Assembly (NCBI GenBank): GCA_964035545.1
Contig: OZ037768.1
Span: 13,029,675-13,093,674, forward strand
DNA: 64,000 nucleotides
Direction of reading: 5' to 3'
Source: Bugula neritina
Lineage: Eukaryota > Animalia > Bryozoa
This document shows positions 32,067-44,457 of the stretch, piece after piece; positions within the stretch are counted from its first letter, which is position 1; the number at the start of each line of letters is the position of its first letter. The position numbers and the translations under genes are program-made. The notes under the pieces were generated by a model. That model was not told the DNA's origin and made no database searches. It was given only the letters and a program-made list of their open reading frames with translations.

Positions 32067-34483
32067 TTATAAGAACAATTGAGTACTATTTATACTCTAT
32101 TTTCAGCATGTTTTTTTATTTACTTATATATGGTTGTGCATGCAGTTCACCATTATACAACTTGAGTAAATTAGAATAGTTCTAAATGTTTATTAGTAAC
32201 TGTAATTATGATTGTCCCATTATTATTGGTCTCATAAAAAAATTCAATTATTTCGATACAACGTGCATGTACATAATACAGAAAAATTAATCAGTTTGTG
32301 AATACTAGGGGTAAGGGGGGGAGGAGGAGGAGGGGGGCATAATGGGCTGAAATTTGAGTTTTTCCTCTCATTCGTCTGTTTTTCATGTTACTAGTTCAAT
32401 AATCTCTAATCTAAATGCTACATCAGTTGTCTATTATTGGTATCAGTTGATTGGTTGCTTCTATTTTTTTCACAACTAGTGTAATGTTCATGACGAAAAA
32501 AATGGCACATTGTACCCCGGTACGGGGTACAATGGGCTACTGGGTGGGACACAATAAATATATTGAAACTTTGCTAATTTGGTTACATCTGATTTTTTGT
32601 TTAATATTACAAATAAATAAAAAATATTTTTCAGATCTACAGGAAAAGTAATGTTTTATCTGTACAGTTTGTGCCACCACAGATAGCAGGGGAAGGCAAA
32701 ATCAAACGCACATAACTCATTACTGTTTAGAACTAAAATTGTTTTCTTTCTATTTCCACTTTACAGGAACTTTCATCAGAAAAAACCTTCGATAACATGT
32801 ACTAAAAAGTTCCAAGCAGGTTTTTTTGTGAACTGTAGCTAAGGTGCATGGCTGAGGTTTGTGACTGGCGTGCAGAAGGAGGAGGGTGGGAGGAAATGAG
32901 CAAATCACAATTTATTTTAGTCAATTACATGTATATTTCCTCAATGATTTAATGTATAGTGAATATCATAACTATCCATTAGGAGCAAAAGCAGAGTGTT
33001 TGGCATGATGTATGAAATGGCAAATTGCTATAACCTCACCAGATGTATATATTAGGGGAGCTTTACCTTGCAGTTTGGTAGTCTTACCATGTCTTTGATA
33101 TTTTACAAAAATGTCAGAAATGGCTATATCTATAGATTTTAATATTTGAACTAATTTTTTGGGCAAACAAACTAATAACAGTGATCATGGTGCAATGATC
33201 AGGTGGCCAATTGTGGCCCAATCAGCATGGCCCATTGTGCCACGTGTGGCCAAGTTGAAAATAAATGTGGCTCAAGGAAAATTTATTTTAGAGTTTGCTA
33301 TTATACTGGTTAAGCAATGTAGAGACAAACAATGGTAACAATATCAGTAAAATCTAGGCTTGTTACTTTTGAGTGCAAAAATTTACTAAGCTTTAGCCAC
33401 ATTTTAAAAAAAATTAGGTAAAAACAGTTTTTGACTTGCCTCTTCAATATGTATGCTCAAAGAGTGTTGAAACTACAATGGCTGAATAATTATGTCAATA
33501 CCACTTTTTTATTAAAAAAAAATCACAATTCTTATAAGTCAATAAGTTCTCACAATTTGACCGGCTTTTTGTACCCCTACGACTGTTGTACTCCCCTTCT
33601 CCTATTAAATTTTAATAACCTGTGAGAGAGTTATCTTCTCTCTACTATATTGACTGCTCTTATCAACCTCAAATGAAATGAAATTCTATAAACCAAATTC
33701 AAACTTATGTCAGACTGCACTGGCTAGTCAGAAAGATACTTTAAAATATTTCAGTTGCTTTATTAGAATTGGAAGCCATTATTGTACCCCATGTAGTGCG
33801 GAGTAACTGTTACTCCTTGCTTTGCTGTTTTTAAATGAAAACCTGAAATATCGCTTTTCTTCCGTCTTTATATTAATCTTCAAATCTCAGTTCTGATATG
33901 AATAAATTTTTCCGTTGCTGGTGCAAGCAGTTAACTGGTCAGATTGGTTGTTGGAAAATATTGAGAAACGAGGCTTTTGAAAATATATTAAAATATTTTT
34001 GTTTATTTTTTCCATCTATCTCGGAATTAGTGCCACACTACTGAATCATTGATCAATACAAAATAAAAACATTTCCTAATCAATTTGCTTAAAAATGATG
34101 GCTTAACATAAGCTACAACCTCTACACTTCAATTTTGAATCATTGAAATAAAACGTTAAGTTACGATGAGGATCAACGTTGAGCAAAATAAAAGGACATA
34201 ACACCCATTTACCACATAAAATATATCCCAAGATGCATTGGTAGGACAGACAGTCTAAGATAAAAGTGCACTACATTAAAACATTATATAACATGCCAAG
34301 TAAGAGGTAGAAACAGATAACAGACACTTTTAGTTCGTTACCTAACATCAATATTCTAGATTATCATAACACAAAGTCAACTAACTATTAAGACAGTGCA
34401 TATAAACAGTAATTGTCAGATTAGTATATATACTTAGGTAAACTAGAGTCTAACTAGAATATTTAATGAGCCGTATCAGGGAG

Positions 34484-34636
34484 TTACGTCTCCTTTGCTT
34501 TAGACATGTCCAGTCTGTACTGGTTTCTACTGAAAAAATCCTTGAAACTTGATGCGTATCGATTCTTCACAACAGCCAAAGTGGTCAACAGATTACCAGA
34601 ACCAAGTATAAAGAAAATGCCACTCAAAAATGGTAC
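34484..34636 (-). pseudogene. Duplicated TMEM120 last exon, intact reading frame, no upstream exons
   Basis: Encodes the same [23 protein letters not shown]...KET as 54580-54732. Acceptor intact. Confidence 0.85.
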
Positions 34637-35183
34637 CTGAAGTATACAATATACACGTATCTTACAAATGATCAAATGCTCTGCATTGCATACAACTAGG
34701 TTGCAAGATATTTGTCTTTGTTTATCGCATAATAGTCGATAAACATCTAATAAGAAATATTAGAGAAAAAGCTTCAGGTTACAATAAGATTGGTACTGAA
34801 AGACAAGTTGAAAAGTCTTGCCATATGGATCAGATTTCCACAAATATTTTTCACAGTCAGCAAAGTATGGCTGTTTTGTTCTGATGTCAATTGATTGAGT
34901 TCACTTTTTGAGTTGCAGTTTAAACTTTCAAGACAAAAAATTATTATTGACAATAATGACTGAGATTTCAAAATGAAACAATTTTATAGTAAAAGCAGCA
35001 AAGCGATTAGCAAATACAATTAATAGCGCAAGTTTCCTTCCCAATATAATATTGTGTATGACAGGTAAATCCTTCAGTGGGTTTCCACTTCACACGCTTT
35101 CAAATGAAAATTCTGCTCTATACAAAAGGAGCTTTGCTTTGTTGTATACTCAAAAAAATTATAGCCTGAAAACAGAAGCTAGC

Positions 35184-35457
35184 TGTAGTAATTTTGTGCA
35201 ATTACTGTGCGTGAGTTCCTAGCTTGTAATTATAGTCTATTTATCCACATCAATAAAGTATTTAAATAATATTCAACGAGGTTTATTTACTACTAATTAT
35301 AATAAGAGGTATGAAAAGTACGCAGATTAAAAACACTACATCTTTACTCCTTTAGTACGCTCTCTCTACTACTTTCCACATCGCTGGGGGTTATCACATG
35401 ACGCACTCTTATTGGCTAAAGGGGCTTGGGGGACGCGCGTATTACGTACTCACTACA
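35184..35457. mobile_element. Solo LTR (274 bp)
   Basis: TGTAGT..ACTACA termini. TSD TAGC at 35180-35183 and 35458-35461. Empty site GAAGCTAGCTTCTC at about 55271-55284. Confidence 0.9.
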
Positions 35458-35495
35458 TAGCTTCTCATTTGCATTAAAGTTTATTTTTCTCCAAC

Positions 35496-35879
35496 TCAGA
35501 AAGTAGGGCTTTCTGCTGAGGGGGGCGGTGTAGTGAGTCATGCAAAGTATAAATACGGGAATCGCCCTCTCTCCATTCTGGGAATACTAAGGCCCCTATG
35601 TAGTAACCAATCAGCAGCACCGGAAGATATGCTTCCGACTCACGTGACAGTTCCCGGGCAATTGACATTGATCACGTTGTTGTAAGCGAGGGCTTGAAGT
35701 AGAAACATGTGTTAGTGGTTGACTTATGTATAGGATAATTTGATGTAATGTTTGCTTTGTATTATATTGTGGATAATAAACATAATTACTCGACAGCTAC
35801 CCTAGTAATTGCTAGCAGAATAGCCAATTAAGTACACAAGTAGATAACCCACAAACTAGTAATTCCAAGAATTACTACA
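35496..35879 (+). mobile_element. PPT plus 3' LTR of element C, a diverged B-family relative in opposite orientation
   Basis: 35496-35528 nearly identical to the B hairpin/PPT. LTR 35529-35879 with TGTAGT..ACTACA. Shares a CCAATCAG..ACCGGAAG block with the B LTR. Confidence 0.8.
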
Positions 35880-36830
35880 ATACCAACATCCACACTCATC
35901 ACCGTCGAATTCCCAAAAGGAGGAAAGGGAAGACTGCTTCATCTTGACTTTTGTATTTACTTTTTAACTTCATGCAGGAATCTTTAATATTACTTCTTCT
36001 TATCATTTTATACAGTTTTATTATTAGGACGCAGCCACAGGCGAGAAAAGAGAAAAGCTACTCCGCCTGCATCGGTTCGTGGTTGCCAGGAGAGGAGAGG
36101 GAAGAACTACTCTGCTTAACAGTATTCCTCTTAAAAATAATGTTACATTGATACGTTGTCGCTAGGACGAAAAAAGGAAAGAACTCCTCTGTCAGTTGTC
36201 TCTTGCACTTCGCCATAGTGGGGGCACTATCTGCCATGACAATCATCAGCATTGCTGTTATGTCGCTACAGGAATCGAGTCAAGCAGCCAGCATCTAGTC
36301 GACAAGAATGTGATGAATGATGTGACTGCGCTACGGTGGTGCCAGGAGAAAGAATTATGCCCCGCCATTAAAGTCTCATCTGCAACAGAATGCCAGAAAC
36401 TGTTGAAGGGGTTTGCATCTGTCAGTACGACACCTCGACTGAGTCTCGCAATCTACTAACCACTGATTAATAATAAATCATGTGGCCGACCGCCCCACTC
36501 AAGTCATCAGTGAATCACCTGACTTGGGAAACCAACTTTATCGTTATAATAAAGCGAGACTGATTTAAAGCTACCAGCTTGAATTCTACTTAAATAATAG
36601 AATTATACTAGTAGACTTACCATAAGACAGCCCTGACTTTAGTCTGCTGCCCACTTAGGCTACGTAGTACGCCAGCCTGCCAAGTACGTGCGTGCACGTT
36701 GGCAGTTGGATTAGAAAAGAACGCTCTTCGCAGTGAAAGTGATTGTATAATACCCCTTTCACTAGCGAGCTGGCTTCGCTCTTTTCTTACCCCCGGTGGT
36801 GTTTTATATTTACACCACTGGGTAGGCAAC

Positions 36831-39800
36831 TCACAATTGCGTCTCCTTGTATCTCGGAAATGCAACTCTCAATTGCTCGTCCCCCCAGATTTCTTTTATG
36901 ATAGCTGATGGATGTTTTTCCACTGCATCACACAAGAAATCTTTTAAATAAGATGGAGGCGCCCTAGTGCGTTGCCTACGCTCCAACTGCACTGGGGAAT
37001 TTGCTACGACTGGTGACTCTTCCACCACGGGTGGTGTCGCCAGTACGGGGGGGGGTCCATCAGTACGGGTGGTCCTCCCCCAGCTGCCTCTTCCTTATGA
37101 TTTTGAGGAATTTCCATCTCATCCGGGACGATGGGCCTGTCGACCGGCTCCACAGGTGGTGGGACCGGCTCTGACAGGCCTTCAGGTGTGTCGGCCTCCT
37201 CCTCCTGGGGTGGAGGAGGCTGGGGCTGGTCGGCCGAAGCATCAGCCGCCCCGTCCTGGTCTGGCAGTATCTCCTCAATCTCTCGATACGTCATGGCTCG
37301 CCCCCTCATAGGAGGGCGTCTAGCGGGCTCTAAGAGAGGAGGTGCTTGACCTGCTGCATCAGGACTTGCCCAGTGAGGTTTTAGCCGTGCTTCGTTCTGG
37401 ATCGACACTTGTTCAGACCGTTCCACTTTATAGGTGTGAATTGGCAGTACCTCAATTACGCAGTAGGGACCTACGAACTTAGGCTGCAACTTAGCTGCCT
37501 GTCCGCGCCTGCGGCGATGACTGGTCATCCAGACCCAGTCCCCCACCTTGTATAAAGGTGGGTCGTCAGAGTCACCACTTCTGACCTGCCACTGTTGCTC
37601 ACGTAGCACCTCGTGAGCCGTCCCTATGAGTTTTACGAGCTTGTCCACGTAGTCGTGGACATTGCTCTCGGGAGTCGGAACATAATAGGTTACGTGCTCA
37701 GTAACCCTGGTTTCTCTCCCCAGCATGAGAAAATTAGGGGTCTCCAGTGTACTGGAGTGAGGGGTACTACGGTACGCTCGCATGATCTGCGGCAACACCA
37801 AGTCTCACTCTTCCTGGCTCCTACCGATAAGCAGGCTTCTCGGAGAGTCCCCTAGCATTCGGTTGTTCCGCTCCACAACCCCGTTCCCTTGCGGGTGATA
37901 CGGGGTCGTCCGACTCTGGTTTACCCCCCACACTTTACAGAGATCGCTCATAAGTTGCGACTGAAACTGGGCACCTTGGTCAGAGTGTATCTGCTCCGGC
38001 AAGCCGAAATAGCAGAACACCTGCTGGTACAAGGCTCTGGCCACCGAGGGGGCCGACGCATCTGGAATAGCCAGTGCATCAGCCCACCGCGTGAAATGGT
38101 CAGTTAATACCAGTATCCGGTTATTACCTCTCGCTGTTGTGGGCATGGGGCCTACCAAATCGACAGCAACTACCTGCCACGGACGACCGGCATGGAGGCG
38201 ACGCCTCCCTGCGGTCTCAGTGGGGCGGCCATGCTTGCTAGCTTGGCACACCTCGCACTTCCGCACCCGGAGTCGGACATCCCGGGTCATACCGGGCCAA
38301 AACCACTGGAGTTGAAGACACCTAGTCACCCGGCTAGCTCCTGCGTGAGCTTGCTTATGGGTGTCCCAGATCAACTCCCGCCTCAGAGCTGACGGGCAGA
38401 CTACCCTCTCTCGTTCACTGCGATTGGTGCCGGCTGCCAACGTGATCGTTAGCAGCCCATAGCTGTTGAACCTGAGGGAGTCCCAGCGGTCACAGAAGTA
38501 CTTAAACTCAGCACTCTTCACTCGCTGTTCGGCCTCACTCGGCCGCCGTCCCTCCTTCTTGGCCCGGACTAGGTCAGCTACCACTCCTGGTAGCGTAGCC
38601 TGGAGCCGACATAGCTCCCTGACGTTCTTGAGCAACGTGGGGTTTGCGTGAAGGTTGTTCACAGCTTTGTTAGGAGATTCGGACAGGAGTTGCCCTTCTT
38701 CCCGGCTGTACACACCCGCTTTCCCCAACTGCGCTTCAACGTCCGAGCGAGGGGGTCCACCGTCCCTGCGCTCAATATTCTGGCACTGCTTACACCCATC
38801 TGCTTGGTGGCGGCTGAGTCTTTCGGCATTACCGTGTTTCTTACCGGGTCAATGTTCGATCCAATAAGAAAACTTTGCCAGGATCTCTAGCCAGCGCGCT
38901 ACTTGGCTTGATGGTTCTGCCCGTCGACACAGCCATATCAAAGACGCATGATCCGTCCGAAGCCGGAATGTACGCCCATATAGATAGGGTCTAAAGTATT
39001 TGACCGCCTTGACTACTGCCAAGAGTTCCCTCCTGGTTGTACAGTAGTTCTTCTCAGGCGCCGACAGGGCCTTGCTATAGTAAGCCACCACCACCTCGCG
39101 ACCATCTTTGACCTGCGATAGCACAGCCCCCAACATTATGGTTACTGGCATCAGTATCCAAAATGTACTTCTTCGCAGGGTCAGGATACGCCAAGATGGG
39201 TGCTTCCACCAGGCGATCCTTCAGGTGGTCAAATGCCTTCTGCTCGGCCTGCGTCCACTGCCATCGCACCCCCTTTGCTGTCAGCCGATTTAACGGCTGT
39301 GCAATTCCGGCGAAGTCTGGTATGTACTGACGATAGTACCCTACCAGTCTCAGGAATGCCCGCAATTCAGGGAGGTCGACAGGGACGGCCCAGTCCCTCA
39401 CAGCCCGTACCTTCTCGGGGTCGGTGGCGACCCCGTCTCGACCAACTACATGGCCCAGGTACTTAACCTCGCGTGGCAGTAATGCACACTTCGAGGGCTT
39501 GAGCTTCAGGCCCGCAGCTCGAAGTCTGTCGAACACCTCCCTGAGTCGACTGACATGTGTGTCGAAGTCGGGGGAGATGACGATGACATCATCGAGATAG
39601 ATGAGCAAGGTCTTCCAGTGCAGCCCACTCAGGACCTGCTCCATGAGTCGCTGGAAGGTGGCCGGTGCGGACGTAAGTCCGAATGGCAACACCTTCCATT
39701 TCCAGAGCCCATCTCGCGTTAAAAACGCGGCCTTGTCCTGTGCTTCAGGACTCAGGGGCACCTGCCAATACCCGCTTAGCAAGTCCAACGTGCTGAAGAA

Positions 39801-41018
39801 CTTGCTACCAGCTAAGGCATCGAGCGACTTGTCGATCCTCGGGAGAGGGTAAGCGTCCTGGATGGTCACGCTGTTTAGCCTGCGGTAGTCAACGCAAAAC
39901 CTCCAGCTACCATCCTTTTTCCGAACCAGGACGACTGGAGAATTCCAGGCCCCATGGCCTGGCTCAATCAGGTCCCGGTTCAGAAGGTCTTGCACCTGAC
40001 GGCTCACTTCTCTCTCCTTCTCAGGACCTAACCGGCGGGTCGGCTGCCGAATGGGCGCCGTCCCCGCCGCCAAGGGTTTCTCATGACAGACAGTCTTCGT
40101 CAGACCCATGTCATGGTCGCCGCAACTAAACACATCCTTGTACTCAGAGAGTAGCAGCGCCATCACCAGGCATTCTCGCTTGCTCTCACAGCCATCACAG
40201 GCATCCTCGTACAACTCTACTACGTGTTCAGGCACCGGCCCCCTGCCATCTCTAGTGGGTACTCACCGGGCGTCGTCCGCTGTTTTCAGCGCGGGCCCTA
40301 CATCCTCCTCCTGTACGGAGTTGAACTTCCCTACTAGAGACCCAGCCGGTAATTCTAACGGCTCCGTGAAAGGGTTTACGCACTGGACCAGGAACTCCCC
40401 CCGCTCATCCAGCCTATTCAGACTGTTAGCGAGCTGGACGCCCCCCAGTGCACCTTCCACCACTCCAAGCTCCAAGATTTCCCTACAGTTCACTTTGTAG
40501 CAAACTGTATCCCGGGAGCGCCAAGGTACAGTACAGCGCTGTACCACCTGCACTCCCCCCACCAAGGGTCGGCCAAATCGGTTGACACAGGCCAGCTCAC
40601 GCCCGGCCATCACTACTGCCGACTTGCTAAAGTCGATGTAGCACCTGTGTCGCTTCAGAAATGGCATGCCCAAAATGACATCCTCCTTGAGTTGACTGAC
40701 GATGAAGGTCCCACTGATCGTCTGATCACGGACTCTACCAGTCAACTGGATTACCCCATAGAAAGGAATACACGACCCGTCCGCCAACATGCCGTGTTCC
40801 CCTTCATATGGTTCTAGGCTAGCCCTGTCCCTGGCACTGAGAGTGTCGAATAGACGCAGACTCAGTAGATTTGTGGTGCACCCAGTATCCAACAGGAATG
40901 AGACAGCTTTGCCAGCAAGTTTGCCGGGGAGGAAATAGTTGCTTCCATATGGCTGAGCGCTCACTGAGCAGTTCGTCTCTTGACGCGACACCTCATGTGC
41001 ATGGAGTTGGGGATGCAC
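36831..41018 (-). pseudogene. Pol of element A, broken by stops and frameshifts
   Basis: PR FLLDTG. RT LPFGL and IYLDDVIV. RNase H LDTDAS and RRELLAVV. IN HHCC, AVDLVGP, HSDQG, VVER, and KFVGPY. Confidence 0.95.
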
Positions 41019-42229
41019 CTGTGCTTTTCGGTTGCGAGGGGTCGTCGACGTTGCATGGGCAGGCAGGGTACGTTTCGGTCTTGCTCACACACGGGCGGCC
41101 GAGTGAATTCTCGGACTGATGCTACTGTGGGCAACTGAGGAAAATCCCTGTTTTGCTCCCACTCGTCGTTCACTCCCTCATCAAGCAAACTTTCAAAGCG
41201 GTTTTTGAGTGCCCAAGCCGGAGGTTTTGGTGGGCCTTGCGGCCTACTCACTCTTCTTGGGGCTTGCCACTCTGGCGAAAGCGGCCTCATCACCCGGTGG
41301 GGTGTGGGCCTTAGCCTCTGCCTTGGGGGGTTAAACTGGGGCCCACGGTCGGCGGAAGTTGCCGTGGGTCGTCTCTGTTTGACCGCCTCCCACTGCCGGG
41401 TGGGGCAACTTCGTATGAAGTGCCCACCACTACCACAGCCCCAGCATACGGGGCCGCGCCTGTCGTCGACAGCTACCGACGACCTCCTGGGTCTCTCGGC
41501 TGTCGACTGCTGGCGCAGTTGCCTGATCTCAGCTAGCAGTTCACGAATCAAGCTCGTGGTCAAGCTAGTAGATTCGTCTGCTGCTGCTGCTGCAACCTGT
41601 ACAGCTGTCTTCGTCGGCGACGTTGACACGTCGTCTGCCCCGACCTGCTGTATCGTCGCACCAGGTCGACTCGCACTGTCGGCTTGGAAATAGGCATTCC
41701 CAAGCCTTAGAGCTCTCTCCATAGTCTCAACTTCGGCCACCAGCAGATGCTGTTTCAGACCGAGGTTGTTAATAGACTGGAGGAATGCATCCAGTGCTAG
41801 GCTCTGTCGACTGTCGGCAGGCAAGTTGCTGTAAGCGACTTGTGCCAGTCGTTCGACTGCGGTAGCATGCTCTCACAGGTTGGTTTTAGGATTTCTCCTA
41901 AGACTCTGCAGTTGCACGCGAGCATCTCGAGCGGTTAATCCAAACCGAGCTCGTAGTGCTTCAAATATGTCACCGACATTCTGGCTTATCCCATAGGGTT
42001 TAGCCGGCCCTGTCAGACATAACCGCAGCTGGATCAGAGCAACCCTGTTCGGCCATCCACAGATATCCGCCACATCACTAAACTCAGTGATGAATTGCTC
42101 CACATCTTCTTCCCCTGAGAAGATGGGAGCCCGCAAGTGGTACCTGTCCATAGGCAGCGCTGGGCCGCCTATGTGATCCTCCTCTATTGCTGCTGGCTCC
42201 TGTCTGGGCGCGTCGACTTCCTCGGCCAT
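40961..42229 (-). pseudogene. Gag of element A with in-frame stop at 41873
   Basis: PIFSGEEDVEQF and CWGCGSGGHFIRSC knuckle. Confidence 0.9.
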
Positions 42230-42762
42230 TCTACTCCCTGGCTAGGAGCATTTGTATTAAGTGGAATCCCACCGCTGCCACCACTGTAGTGAATTTTGCT
42301 ATTAACTATATTATATGTGGGTCAACTTAAACAAAGCCACTACACCAGGTTGTTTACGCTAAGATAACTTTATTATTTACACGAATACAAGAAGGTTATT
42401 TACTGCTAACATGAATAGAAAACGATTACATAATTAATGAGCTTTAATACACAACTACTCTGAATGAAGTCCCAAGCTGCTCTGCCGGCTAGCTACTCAG
42501 CGCACTGCAACTACGAGTAGCTAGCTCCACCTGCTATCAATTAGTGTGTCTGTCCTGATTGATGGTTACTAGTGGTGCCACTGCTGTCCATAGCTACATG
42601 CCGATGTAGTCGAACTCACAATATAATAAACAGTATAGAGTGAACCTTTTCGATTAATACCAATAATGATTGCACCACTAAAATTTATCACAGTATATAG
42701 TTTTACAGTAAGTGATTCCAATAGACAATGGACACCATCTTAGGATAGCTAAGGTTGGCTAT

Positions 42763-44457
42763 TGTTATGAGTTTTAGCACAATTATCAAGCGTGGATTGC
42801 CTGCGTATTTAGTTTCAATTTAACTAGCAACTACTAACAGAGCTTGCGTACGATAACCTTTATTTAATTCGATAAACATAATTATAACAGTATGTCAAAA
42901 CCACAATACATCAATCAATTATAACACGTCTTACTACTACGAGCCCCTGCTCTCAACACACATGGTTTCTGCTAGCTAACCCGCAAACAGTCACTTGACC
43001 AGAACCTTGCCTTCCGGTCCTTCTGATTGGATAGTAAAACATAGTTATAAGTATTCCCATACAGGAGGGGACGAATCCATTATTATACTACGTAATCCCA
43101 TTACACCGCCCCCACCAGCAGAAAGCCCTACTTTCTGATAAAAACAAAAATAGTATAATAATGCAAAAATAACATAAGTCAAGAAAATCCACAAAGAGAA
43201 AGAAAAGAAATATCAAACGTACGACATATGTGATATACAAGTAAGATAACGAATGGCCAGCGTACAACTAGCCAGCTATAAAGAGAGAGTCCTGGATTGT
43301 AGGTCATTAGTAGTCGAGCATTTACACGATCACAACAAAGTATCCCGGGAACATGCGGGGTGGAATTGCCAACTGCCAGCTCCTATTTTTGCAGGGACTG
43401 GATCCGGTGTCGTGCCTGCCGTGCACGTAGCCTACGCTTTAGGCGTCCTACTGAGCCCTTCAATTCACTAAGACCCATTGTAGTACTGAGTAAGTCGGGG
43501 GCCAACTGGGTGAATTCATCCTGCAGCCGCAGGAGTCTTTCTTCGACGGTTGCAAGTCGGGTAGGCCTGGTTGGGGTTGGCGTCGCTTCTTCTGGAGAGT
43601 CTGATGCTTCCATGGAGGTATTGTCTAGCCGCGGTATGATTGCAGCGACCGTTTTCACCATAGGGGACTTCTGACGGGCGGCTGTTAGCAATGTATAAAA
43701 TCCGGAGGATAATGCGGCCCAGATTAAAGCCTTCTTAACCACTGGTTTGACCGCTTCTAGGTATTGGTCGTAGTTGTCCGCGTCTACTACATAGCCCTCG
43801 CCTGCGAAACAGTCCATCATGTGAGCCAGGACAGGGTATGGGTACACGTCGTGAAATCTACACGGACAGAACCGTAGCAGGAAGTGTGCATTCACATGCA
43901 GCCGTAGTCCTTGGTGTGAGGGAAGCTCTTCGTAACACACATGCATGGCAGGTATGTTGTGACCTACTCGGTCCCAAGGCTTCTTCAATTTGCGGCTCCG
44001 TTCGTCGCGACACCCATCTGTGTCTTCGACGCAGCACCGCGGGCAGTCCGTTGTCCGTTTCCAGTCCGTTATCCAAGGAAGAGAGAGAGTGTAGATCCTG
44101 TGACCTGTTGGTCGATCGAGTGTGATCTGCAAGAGTATAACAGTGTAAGAGGGTACACTGAGTACAACCGGCGTATACAGCCTGGTGGGTACTTAACTCA
44201 ATTAGACACTCGTGAGACTCAGTTAATGAATAGTTGATGGAAAACACACACTGCTGTAACGGACTGTTCAGTCTTAGAGTCAATGTGAATTCTCACCACT
44301 AAAAATCATTACCAAGTCTCCAGGTTACTCTATTATAGTTAAGCTGATTAATACAGTTTAGCCCTCGTACCAAAAACATAACTAACTCAACTCTCGATTC
44401 TTGGCAAGCCATTGTGAATGAGAGTGGTATGTTTATGATTTCTACGTACGTCTACTC
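42763..44457 (-). mobile_element. Element B copy 3, truncated (3' LTR plus accessory ORF only)
   Basis: LTR 42763-43105 after CTAT. Accessory ORF has a 4-bp duplication frameshift near 43941. Ends at a deletion junction. Confidence 0.9.

Larger units (their letters stand above)
35880..42598 (-). mobile_element. Ty3/Gypsy element A (autonomous-type, decayed, 3' LTR missing)
   Basis: 5' LTR 42285-42598, tRNA-Leu PBS, domain order Gag-PR-RT-RH-IN. Confidence 0.95.

Noticed and set aside
35880-36830. Accessory or env ORF in the 3' region of element A
   Set aside because: Splice-like signals exist, but only short ORFs with no zinc-finger or TM motif that I can support.
43383-44132. 249-aa ORF in B3 as the true form of the accessory protein
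   Set aside because: Created by a 4-bp duplication that removes the first Cys of the C2H2 finger. The B1/B2 frame is the ancestral one.
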